A stretch of 64,000 nt of DNA, from the NCBI RefSeq assembly GCF_006345805.1, contig NC_042997.1, positions 149,234,001 to 149,298,000 of the forward strand, read 5' to 3'. The stretch is from Octopus sinensis (Eukaryota). Made by a program: the position numbers and the translations under genes. The notes beneath the pieces were generated by a model, which made no database searches, was not told the DNA's origin, and was given only the letters and a program-made list of their open reading frames with translations. Numbering within the stretch: position 1 is the stretch's first letter; the number at the start of each line of letters is the position of its first letter. Positions 38,982-53,786 of this stretch are shown in pieces.

Positions 38982-40036
38982 GTGTGTGTGTGTATTATAT
39001 GCATATGTATATATATGTATGCATGCATGTATGTATATATATAGTAATTGTGGTAGTCTTGTATTTCTTTTTAAAGCCAATACTATTACTTTATAACAAT
39101 CTAGTTTTGTTCAAATTCTTATACATTATTCGTAGCCAATGATTCATAGTATTGAAAAGAAACAGACAGGTATACTGCGTAACAAAACAAATACGCGTTT
39201 TATTTATTTTATTATATTCATTATTATCCAGAGACATTTCCTGCTTCGACAAAACTATACTTACTCTGATGATACAAATGCTTATTTAGCATTTTCTTGG
39301 TTTCTTAGATAATATTTTTTTCCTATAAACAATAAATATTATTATATGTTCGTTTTGATGAAAAACAGTATGATATAATGTAAATAATATCTGCATAAGC
39401 CGCAGGACATATCACAAAGATATTTCCGATATCATAAATAATCTCATTTCTTACAGAAGATTGCCAATGAGGCTAGTTATCATTTATGCAAACATTTCAG
39501 GTAATAATTCAGTCCTGGTATATTGCTGATCATTTGTAATGCTTAAATATTGTCCAATGAGGGCCCTACAAATACCTGAGGCAAGTGTTCAGTAAAATGT
39601 GTTAAATTCTTATATCACAAAATACAAAATTCGACTAATTGACATATTCACTTAGTCCAGTCAACACATCTTGGTCAATGATATCACATCTATAACAAGT
39701 ACACTAGCAACATTTTGTTTTCAAGACGACTAAGTCTTTCTCTTATCGCAACCATCATTTTCTATAATCATGCCCCGTTTTATACACCGAGATCTAATGA
39801 CTAGGCTATACGCATTTTCTGTATGATGTTCGAGTAAGCATTCGGTGATATTTGGGGTTTCTCTTTCATCATAATTATTTTTGTTAGTTTATCCACTTAC
39901 ATTTCCAAGGTGTACGCGTACAGCAACTGCAATAGTATCATTCTCCTTATAATTGTTTCGCTATATTATTGACACAAACGATTTTGTAGCAACCCTCGCA
40001 AATGAAAAGTATATATATATATACATATATATATAC

Positions 40037-40078
<42 letters not shown>

Positions 40079-40344
40079 ATATCTAAAACCGTTCATCAGT
40101 GAACATCACATGTCCTCAACTACGTGTTTTGCTGCCGAGAAGTGAAAACCAGGCCATGATATTTTGTAGCAATTTAGTCATTTACTGCGAAATAAATATA
40201 TCCTTACAAACTTTTCCATGTTACATATATTATTCTATTCATATCAAATAGTTAGTATAAGTTGTACTGTATAGAGATAGTGAAACACTGAAAATTATAA
40301 ATGTTAATTATTCAGTTAAATTTTTCTTATAATATTTCATTTCA

Positions 40345-40480
40345 GGTAAGGTGGACAGCTGTCAGAATCGTTAGCACACCGGGCAAAAAATATTGCGGTA
40401 TTTCGTCCGTCTTTACATTCTGGTTTCAAATTCTGTCGAGCTCGGCTTCACTGTTCATGCTTTCGGGATTGGTTAAATAA
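40345..40480 (+). mobile_element. SINE family A, decayed
   Basis: CAGCTGTCAGAATCGTTAGCACACCGGGC...TTCAAATTCTGTCGAG. Confidence 0.65.
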
Positions 40481-40960
40481 ATAACATTTGAAACGCGTAA
40501 GTTGATGACAACTTAACTCCTTTCCTGAACTTGCTGACCTAGAGCCAAAATTCAAAATAAATATTTAATCCGATAAATATTGAACATGTTATATCACGTA
40601 AAAATATAAGGACGCGGCAAATAAATGGAATTCTTTCAGATGCATTTCACAAATTGTGGACTCAAATCAAGATGATATATCCTAATACACACAAAGGAAT
40701 CTAAAAATGTTTCTACATTTTTTGTCAGCTCTCTTTATATATACGCGCAAAAACTTACATATATTAATATTCATACTTAATGCATAAACAATACCACCCA
40801 AAACAGGCACGCATAAACACGCACACATACATACATATTCACACTTACATAGAACATACATATATAATATACACATATATATAACACATATATGTATATA
40901 TATATATATATATAATATATATATATATATATTATATATATATATATATATATAATATAT

Positions 40961-40991
<31 letters not shown>

Positions 40992-41004
40992 CACATATAT
41001 ATAT

Positions 41005-41255
41005 ATGACTGTGTGGTATGAAGCTTGCTTCCAAACCACATAGTTCCGGACACAGTCCCCTTGGGCAAGTGTGTTCAGGACGACTTGTGAGTGTGTTTGT
41101 TAGACGGAAGCTGAAAGAAGCGCATCGTATATGTGTGTTTACGCTTTATTCACTCGCTTGTAAGTATTAGTCTTATAGACAATAAATCCTGGGGCCGATT
41201 TGTTCGACTAAAGGTAGTACACTAGCCTGGCCGCTGTCAAATGACTGAAGGAAGT
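41005..41255 (+). mobile_element. SINE family C, decayed
   Basis: GACTGTGTGGTATGAAGCTTGCTTCCAAACCACATAGTTCC...TTGGGCAAGTGT...AGACGGAAGCTGAAAGAAG...GGCCGCTGTCAAATGACTGAA. Confidence 0.7.
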
Positions 41256-41304
41256 AAAAGATAAATACACACACACACACAAACACAAACGCACACACAC
41301 ATAA

Positions 41305-41427
<123 letters not shown>

Positions 41428-41439
41428 TAATCATTTATC

Positions 41440-41930
41440 TTTTACTGTTTTAATTTTTTGAGTTTAGACTGCGGCATGCCGTTGCGCTGCGTTGAAGAAT
41501 TTCAATCGAATCAATTGATCCCAATATTTACATTTTTTAAACCTCGGTACTTATTTCATCTGTCTGTTAGCTCGAAACTTGAAGTTATGAGCATTTGAAC
41601 ACACTAATCCCGGTTGTCAAACAGTGGTGAGTGACAAGCACAGAGACAAAGATACACACAGACACAGACACAGAGATGCACCCAGAGACACTGACACACA
41701 CACATAAATACACAGACACTGACGCATATGTATGTATGTGTGTGTGTGTGTGTGCGTGTTTGTGTGTGTGATGGGCTTCTTTCAGTTTCCGTCTATCAAA
41801 TCCGCTGACAAGTCTCTGTTTGGCTCGAGGCTATAGTAGAAAACACTTCACAATGTGCTCAGCAGCGGGACTGTACCCGTAATCATGTGGTTGAGAAACG
41901 AAATTCTTACTAGACTGTCACTCCTACACA
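41440..41930 (-). mobile_element. SINE family C
   Basis: Contains GGGCTTCTTTCAGTTTCCGTCTATCAAATCC...GAGGCTATAGTAGAAAACACTT and an internal CA/GT tract. Confidence 0.7.
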
Positions 41931-43075
41931 GACACGCAGGTAATTTCTTATTCAGTAATTAACAAAATTTATGTATATTTTCTGATTACTATATATGCAT
42001 ACATATATATATATATAGCACTAATGTTTGTTGTAAACTAGATGGCAGCCATTTTCCTCTCACGAATTGATTAATCTTGTTTCCATCAAAATATAGTAAA
42101 TGTACTTATATATTCCCCTTCGAATGTTAAACTAAATTTTGTACAGCATGAACTGATTTTATATATTGTAATGAAATAATTATTCCTAATATAATGTTTT
42201 ATATAATTATATTTCATTTCTTTGACTGTTATTAGAACATAATTTTCTATCTAACAATTAGTTAAGTGTAGAAATCAAATGTTAGTTTAAAAAAAATTGC
42301 CAATTATAGTGAAATTAATTTTTGTTCTTAATTTGATAGAGAATATGATTGCCTTGCAAATCATATTTCATGTTTAGCTTATATTTTCTTCTCATTATAT
42401 AATAAACCTGAATTATTAATATTTTATTTACTGACACTGCTCCTATGTTATGACATAGGTCATTAATGTGCAATGTAATTGAATCAGTGCTAACCGGCCA
42501 CGTGCGTGTTTGTGTTAGTGTCTGTTGGCAGTAATATGTTTGTAATTGACTTCGAATATTTAAAAGTCCGTTAAACGTGACAGAAAGTGTTTATATCAGG
42601 CACTAATTTTATTCGTAAGAGGGAGTAATGTCCCTGTCCACTTAAAGAAATTCCGAAGTCAATAGAAGAATCGGCGAAAAGAGATACACAACTCATGGTG
42701 GGTTACAGTAGAGACTTACATTTGCATCGAAAACCTGATCTGAATCTTTGAAACCTAGCGAGTTATAACTCTAAATTATTAAAGTGCAAAGTAATGAATT
42801 CAACAGAGGCAGCATAGAATGTCAATCACTCAATAACAATGGAAGTCTAATGCCTAAAACACTTGGTTTTAATATTTCAGTGATGTCAGCACGATTAAGT
42901 GAACAATAAGCATATATGTATCTGTCTACCTCTTTCTTTATCACTATTCACACACACACACGTGCATATAGACATATACACAAATTCAGAGGCATACATT
43001 CCTACACATCAGCACAATCACATGTAGGGAGAAATACATAGAAATATTCAAATATACATTTACATAATTTGAATA

Positions 43076-43356
43076 CAATAACCCCTCGACTATCGCGGAT
43101 GTTACGTTCCAAAAACCCCTCGCGATAGGTGAAAATCCGCGAAGTAGAGACTTTACTGTATATATATATATTTTAAAATAATTTTTATAATTTGCATATA
43201 TGTATTTTATTATAAATGCCAAGCAACGCCACAGAGGAATAAACGTAAGCTTAAATATGTAACTGCAATAGATGAGCCGCGATATGTGAACTGCGATAGA
43301 TGAACCGCGATATGCGTACTGCGATACTTGAACCGCAATATGGTGAGGCATTACTG
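43076..43356. mobile_element. pogo/Tigger-like MITE with TA target duplication
   Basis: TA|CAATAACCCCTCGACTATCGCGG ... CCGCAATATGGTGAGGCATTACTG|TA: imperfect TIRs, TA on both sides, no ORF. Confidence 0.7.
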
Positions 43357-43639
43357 TAGTTATATGATCTCCGAAGCCACTAAGATTCTAAAACGGCAAT
43401 GAAAATCACTGAATTATTTTAATATTTCACTTAGTGTCTCAGACACAAAATTATATCAATTTAATCAGGAGAGTTCAATTAAGGCAATTCAACGAAACAT
43501 AGAAATTGTAGATTCCTTTCTGTAAATAGGAATTAACATTGCATTAAACGAAATTTTTTTACATCTCTTTTAGTGCAGCAAATGGAACCCAAAACTGATT
43601 TTTTAATTTATGGGGTCGCTTTACACTTTTACCTTTTTA

Positions 43640-43945
43640 CTGGTTTCAGTCATTTGACTGTGGCCATACTGGAGCACCGCCTTTAGTCGAGCAAGTCGAT
43701 TCCAGGATTTATTCTTTGTAAGCCTAGTACTTATTCTGTCGGTCACTAAGTTACGGGGACGTAAACGCACCACCATCGGTTGTCAAGCGATGTTGGGGGG
43801 ACAAACACAGACACACAAACATATACACACACGTACATATATATATATATACATGATAGATCGTTAGCCATTACACACAGTGGCACTGAACCCGGAACCA
43901 TGTGGTTGGTGAGCAAACGACTTACCACACTGCCACTCCGACGTT
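43640..43945 (-). mobile_element. SINE family C with internal deletion
   Basis: TTTCAGTCATTTGACTGTGGCCATACTGGAGCACCGCC...ACTGAACCCGGAACCATGTGGTTGG...CTTACCACACTGCCACTCC. Confidence 0.75.
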
Positions 43946-44589
43946 CAACATTTTCTATTGCTTTTTTCTTAGCCACTAAGATATAGGGTCGTAAACAAAC
44001 CAACACCATATGCCAATCAAGAATGAAGGACAAAAGACAAAGACACACACATGAATACATACGCACATCTCTTTCTTTGTCTTTTTTGCCTTCCTTACTC
44101 TCTATTTCTCTCTTACCCTGTCTAAGAATTTTCTCTGTGTTGCTCCTGTCCCTCTGATCTCTACCACACTTTCTCTCTCCTCTTCTAACTAGCTTTTGGC
44201 CCGTGGACATTTTCCTTTGTTTTTCCCTATATTTGCCTGTCAGTTTTCGTTCTATATGTATAATTGTTTCAAGGCATTTTTTTTTTCGTTGTACATGTAT
44301 GATTATTTCATTTTGTTTACATATCCACATTCTGTCGTCATTTGTTTTCGTCATTCACTTGTACGTAAGTTAGTTATTTGTTGAGACTTTTCGGCGCTCG
44401 TGCCACAAAGCTGAATAATATCACTGTTACAGGCACGAAAATGTTATAATCTCTAGAGGAATGACTCATGAAGAATTAGCGACATCTTTTAAACGTACTT
44501 TTCGGCTGTTGCGTTTCTGTTAAACTTTCATATATATGTGCGTGTGTGTGTGTGAGTGTGCGCCTGTGTGTGTCTGTGTCTGTGTAAGA

Positions 44590-44750
44590 TGTGTTTCTTT
44601 GAGATTGCATCCACAAAGCCCATATGTATTGCTTAGAGCGGGGCTGTGTTTATAATACATGGAACTTGCTGTATGTACCATCGCCATGCTGTGGGACTGA
44701 ACCAAAACCACGTAGTTGGGAAGCAAACTCGTTACCACGCAGTAACACCT
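44590..44750 (-). mobile_element. SINE family C head fragment
   Basis: GTGGGACTGAACCAAAACCACGTAGTTGGGAAGCAAACTCGTTACCAC. Confidence 0.55.
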
Positions 44751-45319
44751 GCGATTATTTATAAGTATTGTTATTTGCTTTTTTATAATCATCAGTAATA
44801 TTCTGATTTGTCGCATTATAGATATCCGTTATTATTCGAATGATTATATGTGTTAGTAATTTCTGTAATTCAGGGTTGCTTACAGCATACGTGGTAATTT
44901 TATAAATGTTTGAGCAATCAATTCAACGTCCTAAATTAACTTTTAGTCTGTCTGAGAGTTTCTTTAAAAAGTTACATTTTATATAGTATTTGTATCTGAC
45001 GGATTATACATGCATATGTGAATTCATATATGCATGCACATACACGCGAGCATCCACGCATGCATATAGATGTATGCACTCACATACTCTCACACAAATA
45101 CACTACACATATACATACACACATTTACATGAATATATATGTATGTCCATATGTATATATGTATACACACGCATATTCATGCATATATGCATATGTATAG
45201 TGAGAGAGAGAGTGAGAGAGAGCGAAATGAAGGGGTAAAGAATGAAATAAGAACTGAAGTAGGTGGATAGAGAGGTATATCAATAGGATGGATATTGGAT
45301 GTGCTTAAATTACTCTTTT

Positions 45320-45780
<461 letters not shown>

Positions 45781-46120
45781 GAAATTTTATGATTTATCTC
45801 TGAAAATAAATTTTTACGAAAACTAATGCTGATTGATAGATTTAGTAATTGCATTATTTTAGTATTTTTTAATATATTTAAAAGATAACTTTGACGATAA
45901 TACATAACTATTGCCTGATGTAGTGAAGAACTTTAATGAAAATCATCATACTGTGATAAGTTCCTACATCTTCAGAGAAATAAACGTCCAACTGCAGCAC
46001 ATACCGAGTGAAAAAATCTGCAGATTAGAATAGAGGACTCTAGAACACATAAGATGCATATGGTAGAACAGTTAACATTATTTATTGCATGTAACTTACA
46101 TCGATATTGCTCTGTTGCAT

Positions 46121-46850
46121 TAAGGCGGCGAGCTGGCAGAACAGTTAGTTCGCTGGGCTAAACGCTTAGCAGCATTTCATCCGCCTTTACATTCTGAGTT
46201 CAAATTCCGCCGAGGTTGACTTTGTCTTTCATCCTTTCGGTATCGATTAGTTAGTTAGTTAGTTAGTTAATTTGGCTCAAAAGCAAATAGCAAGGCCATG
46301 TAGGGGGACATGGAGTTAAGTACAGGGTGGTGTTCATGTAAAGAGTTCAGGCCACTTGAGGTCCAGGGAGGCTTTGAACAAAGCGGTCGTCGGCATCTTC
46401 ACCATCTCGTCTGGCAGCTTGTTCCACGGATCCGCAACCCGGACGGAGAAAGCTCCTCTCCTTCGATTGCAGGTAGAGCTTTTCGGAATGACCCCGCAGC
46501 CGACGCTCCGGAGCATGAGTGAAGAACAGCTCTTTCGAGAGGTTACACTTCACGCTTATGATGTTGTGGGCGAGAATGAGATCACCACGGCGGCGGCGTT
46601 TTTCAAGAGAATAAAGGTCGAGCGTCCTCAGCCTTTCTTCGTAGGACAAATTTTTGAGACCATGAACCAGGCGGGTAGCCAGCCTCTGGACTCTTTCGAG
46701 ATGCTGTATGTCTTTGAGGAGATAAGGAGAAGAGGCTTGAATCCCATACTCCAATATGGGTCTCATAAGTAACAGTTATGCAATGGGGTGTCGATGTAGT
46801 CGACTAGCCCCTTACCCAAATTTCATGTCTTGTACCTACAGTAGAAAGGA
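46121..46850 (+). mobile_element. SINE family A split by a CR1 insertion
   Basis: The 5' part 46121-46247 ends ...CCTTTCGGTATCGAT. The SINE resumes near 46765 with ATAAGTAACAGTTATGCAATGGGGTGTCGATGTAGTCGAC. Confidence 0.8.
46248..46766 (-). pseudogene. 5'-truncated CR1 LINE: ORF2 C-terminus, short 3' UTR and (TAAC)n tail
   Basis: RPILEY..SPYLLKDIQHLERVQRLATRLV.GLKNLSYEERL..LDLYSLEKRRRRGDLI..RLRGHSEKL, a frameshift, then RRRGAFSVRVADPWNKLP..FKASLD. (TTAG)n at 46248-46268 on +. Confidence 0.9.
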
Positions 46851-47246
46851 TATCACTGCGTTGCATCAGAATTGCACCACTACCAAGATTGCAACCACGT
46901 GAAACAAACTTACTTAACTGCGTGTTAGTAAACGGCTTTTTGTGGGGTAGCGGTTTCAGATTCAGCACAGGATTTTAGATAAAGCGAATTGATAGAGTTG
47001 CTCTGAAATAAATATATCGATATATTTAAAAATTAATTTGTTTTATATTTATGCTTATAAAAGGAGTCCAATTTACACACAGGCATATGCGCACGTTCAC
47101 GAAAGCACCTACGCACGTACTAGAATATTAACTAACGCAGGATCTATCTATTCACCTCTCTCCACCTGCTGCTTGTTGTATGATTGTATATATGTATGTA
47201 GGTATGGATGGATGTGCAAATGTATGTATGTGTGCGAGTTTTTGTG

Positions 47247-47277
<31 letters not shown>

Positions 47278-47994
47278 TATATATATATATATATGTATAT
47301 TAATATACATATTTGTTAATATATATACCCATATGCATATATATGTATATGTATATATATATTTATATATATCAATGTGCATAAGTGTGTATATTAATAT
47401 ATGCATATATGTGTAAGTATATGTATATAGATGGGTGTTTATGAGTGTATAAACAAACACATGCACACACAGTAATACTACTTTATATAATTATATCATT
47501 TGGTTAGTTGTAAATACAATGCTCATGCATTTATTTATTTTCTTTTTCATTTTCCCAGTTTAACGCAATAATATCGACTGAAGAGAAACTTATTCTTAAT
47601 CTTTCTCTCTGATCTTTGATGAAATTTCAAAGACATCTTTACATTCTTGGATTAAACAGAAGTAATCGGATTATTTTCTAACTCATCTGATTTCACACTA
47701 AATCGTAAATAAACAGTCACCTATTTTTTTATATTCGTATGTACGTGTTTATGTAAGTTCATATATGTGGATACATATATGTATACGTGTGTCCATGTGT
47801 GTGCATATATATATATATGTCTGAGTATATATACACATACATATGAGGTGTGTTTATATTGTGCCTGCATCTCTGCGTTTGTGTTATATTAAATCTGCAA
47901 TGAACGATTTTACTTTTTATTACTACTAATACATACTTGTTGATGCAGGAAATTCAATCTGTCAATCAATATTAAAATTATATATATACATACA

Positions 47995-48038
<44 letters not shown>

Positions 48039-48070
48039 ATATATAATATATATAATATATATTATTATAT

Positions 48071-48104
<34 letters not shown>

Positions 48105-48105
48105 A

Positions 48106-48153
<48 letters not shown>

Positions 48154-48839
48154 TTCAGAAATTGTTTTCTTTTAAATCAAACTCTGGGATTCTCAAAAAA
48201 GTGTAGTTAGTTATCACTCAAAATTTTCTACACTACATCACGCTTATTTATATTTTATTCTCATAACATTTATGACGTATTTTATTCAATCTTGCGCAGA
48301 AAATTTCAATTTCCTATGTAATATCTATCGATTTGTATAAATAAACACACGCGGGCACGCACACATACACAGATATATATATATAAAAATGATACAGATT
48401 TTAAGAAACAAAGACCGTAATGGTGTTAAGGGGAAAGTAGAACAAAATGAAGAAAATGCACACCAGGTTTGAGTGTAATGGCTTTTTTTAGAAGGAAATA
48501 TACATACGAATATATGGGTTGAAGTTATATTAAGATGCGTAGGGATAATTATGAAATGTCATACCGGTTTTGCGATAGGTGGTCAGTGATTGTAAATCAA
48601 CACCGTTTGCCAACCGGTGTTGAGTATAATCATATACCTAAGTGAAAAACATGGATGTAAGGGAACTAAACATTTCTGAAAGTGATGTACATACAATTAC
48701 TGGAACTTAAGATAGTATCTGAGATATACATAAGGTTATTGATAATAGGTAGGATAGTAGTGTCCTGTATTGAGTTGTTTGTTCATATTAATTTGTCGTT
48801 GATATTTATCAATAAAAGTTGCCTCTCTATTTAATTTTG

Positions 48840-51500
48840 TTGCACTGAGGCGTCCTCGGAACATTGGGGAAAAGGAAACATTAGGTCGTTTGTTTTGAAG
48901 TTCTTAGAAAGTCTGTCTATGTGTTCACTGACCTGTATCTGTCGATATTGTGGTAAGCGGATTTTTTCCTTGTGTAGCGTTGTTTTTCGTCTGAGGGACA
49001 TTCGTGCTTGTCATATATAGTGGTATCTGCAACCTCAGTAGGTAATAACATAAATTAAATTTTCAGAGTCACAGGTAAAAAGTTACCTTTATTTTAAATA
49101 TTTCACCTTGTTTGAAGTGAAATTCCGCACCCTTCAAATGGTGGGGGTATGTGCCATAGTTAAGACGTCCGCATTCCTCAAGTTTTGGCTCCTTTGCTAA
49201 GGGATATAAGTTTGCGCCGGTTAGTATTCTTTTCAATTATTCCGATTGTATTTTGCTCTTGATATATTTGTGTTAATCCAAAATTTCGTTCCTTGTCTCT
49301 TGTGAGAATAGATAGATTTTGGAGGATGATATTAAATGCATCATTGTTTCTTGGGTTGTGTGTGGAGATATAAGGATGTACTTTTAAATCTGGTGTGACG
49401 TGATGTTTCGGTTAATTTTCCTTAATGTCTATATGTCTATATTCTTTGCTCGTTTGATCCCATTATCTATAAATGATATGGAATAATGTCTCCTGGTTAG
49501 TTCACGGAGTCTAAGTTCGCATGTATTGCTATTCGCACTTATGGTACAGATTCGTTTCGGTAGATTATAAGGTATATTAATTTTTAAATGTTATGAGTTG
49601 AATAATATATATTGTTTTGAATCTGTGTGTTTATATAAGATATCCGTTTCAATGTGGTTATTGACTATTTTAATTACAATGTCAAAAAGAGTCGTTGTTT
49701 ATTGCAGTGTCGAATGATGAATTGTATGTTTCTATTGATATTGTTAATCATTATTTTGAAAACGAGGATTTTGTCCATATTTTCGTTCCAAAGTATAAAA
49801 CAATAATCCAAGTACCTTTTCCAGTGGTCCTTTAAATAGAAATACGGTCCCTTCACTTATTGTTTTCGGGAGATGGTTAAACATGTCTAGATCATCTCTG
49901 GTAGAACTTTCAACAATTTCAAAAATGGATCAAGTAGGATGCTGAGGAAATAGCTCAAACTGTGAGTTTCACAAGCTGGGCCAGCAATGATGGGTCTTAG
50001 TTTGAGGTCAGTGGAGAGGGTGACATTAATGTATAAGTTTGATGATTCTTTGCAAGATTAATTTTTGAACTTTTATGTATTTTGAGTATAGCGTAGAAAA
50101 GACTTGGTTTTTATTTGAAATTGGATAGATAGTCGATTTCTTTTTTTGTAAAGTCCTTGCCATCTATTTGTATTATCGGAGATAAGTTTCTTTAATGTCG
50201 TCTATCTTCTCATAGTAGGTATTGCTTTCCAACATGGATAGTATTACACTTTTATAGTACTCTGTGTCCATCACTGCTACACATTTCTTTTATCGGCTTT
50301 TTTTATAATCAGACTTATATCATTTTGTAACTCGATTAGGTGTTTCCGTTCCTTTGAGTTGAGGTTGGATTTCTTTGTTTTTGTAGAGCATTCAATGGAA
50401 AATTGATAATGTCTTCATAAAAGTCATCAAGTGCTTTATTTCTACTTATTGTTGGAAAGAATTCGGTTTTGTCTTTCACTAGTCAGTCATCTTTGTTTTT
50501 GTAGTTACGAAGTGTTTTTATGTAACGTAATTTTCGGAAGAAATTCATAATATTTTCCTTGGCTTCATTCTGGTTAGTTTTGCGAGGGGTTGGTGTAAAA
50601 TTCAAACCTTTCGCTAAAATATTAGTTCGTGTGTTCATCAGAATTTTCTTTGATAGATTGATTACTTTTAGTTCTTCGTGTATGTTTTGTTCGACTTTAC
50701 GCCTCTGTTTCTCTAATTTAGGTCTAAAAGATGTTTGTAGAAGGGGGAATGTTGTGGGAGGTCTGTATTGTATTTAGTTGTGTGTGGAAAAATTGAGTGA
50801 GAGGGACGTCTGTGGTAGTATGTTTGCTGTGGTCTGACTGTGTAGTGGACAAGATTATGGTTATTCTGAGGGTAACTATAGTTAATGTGGTTTAGGTTAG
50901 ATTTATTAATTTTGTTATGAGGGAAGATGTGAAAGTTATGTTGTCTGATTGTGTCTTGTTGGGCCTTTAAAGTATCCTTGTTAAGAGTTAAGTCTCGGGG
51001 GCAAATTTTCCAATTGCATGTTAACTGATGGGGCGGGGGGGGGATTGTTGGGTAATGGTTCTTGAAAATTTTGGTTAGCTGGAAGATTTCTAGGGGACCT
51101 TGAAAATGACGGATTTTCTATTTTAAGTGGATGTTCTATAAGTAGTGTGAAAGCGGTTTGCTCGTAATTGAAAGGTATGTTCAGGGTTCAGTAGCGTTGT
51201 GTCCCCTAGATTGTCTCTTGTTTGAGGTACGAAAATGTGAAGTCATTTCTGAGTGGGTTTTCGTTTTCTTTTTCTTCAGCAAGGGGTTATCCGAAATGTA
51301 TTCTGTGTATGAACTGTAGTTCATAAATTTGGAAGAAATTAACTTGTTTTTCCCAGTGTTGTAGGGAATTGATTTCTTCACCTTCACATGTTGTTTCTAT
51401 AGTTTGAAAACACTATCCAAGAGTTGTCCATTAGAATGTTTACTTAGTTCAGAAGACATTTGCTCATTCATGTTTTAAAGTTTTTGCTCATTGTTTATAG
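48840..51500 (-). pseudogene. Near-complete but decayed Penelope-like element (RT plus GIY-YIG region)
   Basis: Minus strand gives VMDTEYYKSVILSML, LKLRPIIAGPACETH, WKRYLDYCFILW (the YLDD motif, mutated), then KRILTGA..CGRLNYGTYP (Cys linker before GIY-YIG). Numerous stops. Confidence 0.8.
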
Positions 51501-52148
51501 CTCTGAGTTAAAATATTCGATTTCTGTCTTAATTTTTTCTACAGGTAATTTCTCCCTTAGTTTTCATTGTTGGTCCTGTCTGTTTAGTATTGTTTTAATT
51601 TGAAATATACGTGGCAGGATTAGTGGAGGAGAAGTTAACCAACGTTCATATATTTTTCCGCCTTGTAGTTATTTCTAATCATAATCCAGAATAAGAATTT
51701 TTTGGCCTTTAGCTTCTCGTCCCAGAAGTTGTTAAGGCAGGTTTTCATTCAGTGAGTTAACGCGGTGTGGCTCTATAGTGTGTATCGTTTGCATGAGGAT
51801 TTTCATTTGCACATCTATTTATATTTTTTTCATTTAGGTATATGTTTATACGCAGTAACACTTGACAACAACTTGATTCACAGTCAGTGACCAGCTATAG
51901 GCAAACCTTGTGGCTTTCTGTAATGATTTTTACACATTTTATTATAATTTCAAACCATTTGTTTGTAAATATATATGCTTAAAAAGCCATTATACACATA
52001 CCTAGCGTGCATTTTCTTTATTTCCTTCTACTTTTCAGTATATATATATATATATATATATATATGTAGGTCCCGGGTTGATTCGGGGTTAACCACAGTA
52101 AATAAGGTACTCAATACATAGCAGAGTAAAATTAATTTATTATATAGA

Positions 52149-52197
52149 AGCTTCTACAGACTAGAACTGTTTCATTCAAGAGAATCTTCAGGAAGCT
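52149..52197 (-). ncRNA. Hammerhead-like motif (type I, short non-canonical stem II)
   Basis: AGCTTC CTGAAGA TTCTCTTGAAT GAAA CAG TTCTAGT CTG TA, cleavage, GAAGCT. Stem I has 6 bp, stem III CAG/CTG, stem II TTC/GAA with an extra U before GAAA. Confidence 0.65.
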
Positions 52198-52438
52198 AGT
52201 TAACAAGAATTGTATTGGCATTTATACATTTAGGCAGGTTTAAAGGGGGGTGTTGGGGGGGACTTTTTTGGGGGTAGGCATAGCGCAAAAAATCATACTT
52301 GGGGGAGTGGTCAAGGAGTCAGTGTTAAATTATATAGGAGAATAATAAGAAAAATAAAAAAAAATAAAAATAAAGAATAAAAAATAAAAAAAAAATAAAA
52401 AATAAAAAATAAAAAAATATAAAAATAAAAATAAAAAA

Positions 52439-52479
<41 letters not shown>

Positions 52480-52931
52480 AAGGGGGGAATAGAGTTTTAG
52501 GTAAATAAGGAGATTCTCACTTATACCTCTGCACATATGTATACATATATACACACGCATACAAACATATATACATATACATACACACACACATACACAC
52601 ACATATATATATATATATATATACACATATATATACACTCACACATACATATACATATCTACACATACACATATATATGTATACATACACACACTCACTT
52701 GCATACACGTATACACACATATACATATACACACACGACCACACATACATATACACACAGAAAAATATATATACACACATACACACACATACTCACATAC
52801 ACGCATACACACACAAATCCATACACACACATGCACACACAGCACACTAGTCCCTATATACACATATATACACATACACACATATATATATACACACACA
52901 CATACACATACATACACATATATATACACAC

Positions 52932-52962
<31 letters not shown>

Positions 52963-53633
52963 CATATATATATATATATATACATACATATATATACACA
53001 CATGTGTACCTATGCATACCTACACATACACACATATATATATACATATACAAATACAGACCCATTCCCTAATTTTAATTTTATTATCTTCGTTTATTAC
53101 TTTTGTTATCTTTGGCCGCTTGGTCACAAACATCTTGGCTATGACAGCCAGACCATGTATCCGTCTACTGGAAAACAAGCACTCATTCACTCACGCACAC
53201 TCTTTAGCACGTACACTCACTCATTCGTACACTCATACGCATACACGCACGCACGCGTTATATTCATACATACATACATCTACATACATTCACGTATATA
53301 CACATACGTACGCGTACCTACAGATTCATGTCTACACTCTTAGAAGGCTAGTCGATACATATACACCAATAAATATAAATACACCACATACATGTACCCT
53401 ACATAAAAATACATACATGTATATATATACATATATATATATATATATACATATATATATACATATATATACATATATATATATTCATACCTACATGCAT
53501 ACTCAAAAATATAAATAGTAAAATATATATACGGCAGTTATTCATACATGCATACTCAAAAAATAAATATAAGTATATGTACGTGCAGTTACCTATTATA
53601 TAACGGATACATACATATAATAAACTTACACAC

Positions 53634-53664
<31 letters not shown>

Positions 53665-53753
53665 ATTATATACATATATATATATACATATATACACATA
53701 TATATACATACCAAATATATACATACACACATACCCTACATATACATACACAC

Positions 53754-53786
<33 letters not shown>

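Noticed and set aside
39457-39500. 44-nt segment with a strong acceptor and CAG|GTAATA donor
   Set aside because: The frame compatible with the preceding candidate exon has a stop; it cannot be placed without RNA data.
40083-40110. GTTCA-CTGATGA-ACGG on the minus strand
   Set aside because: It runs into a (TA)n tract with no GAAA half.
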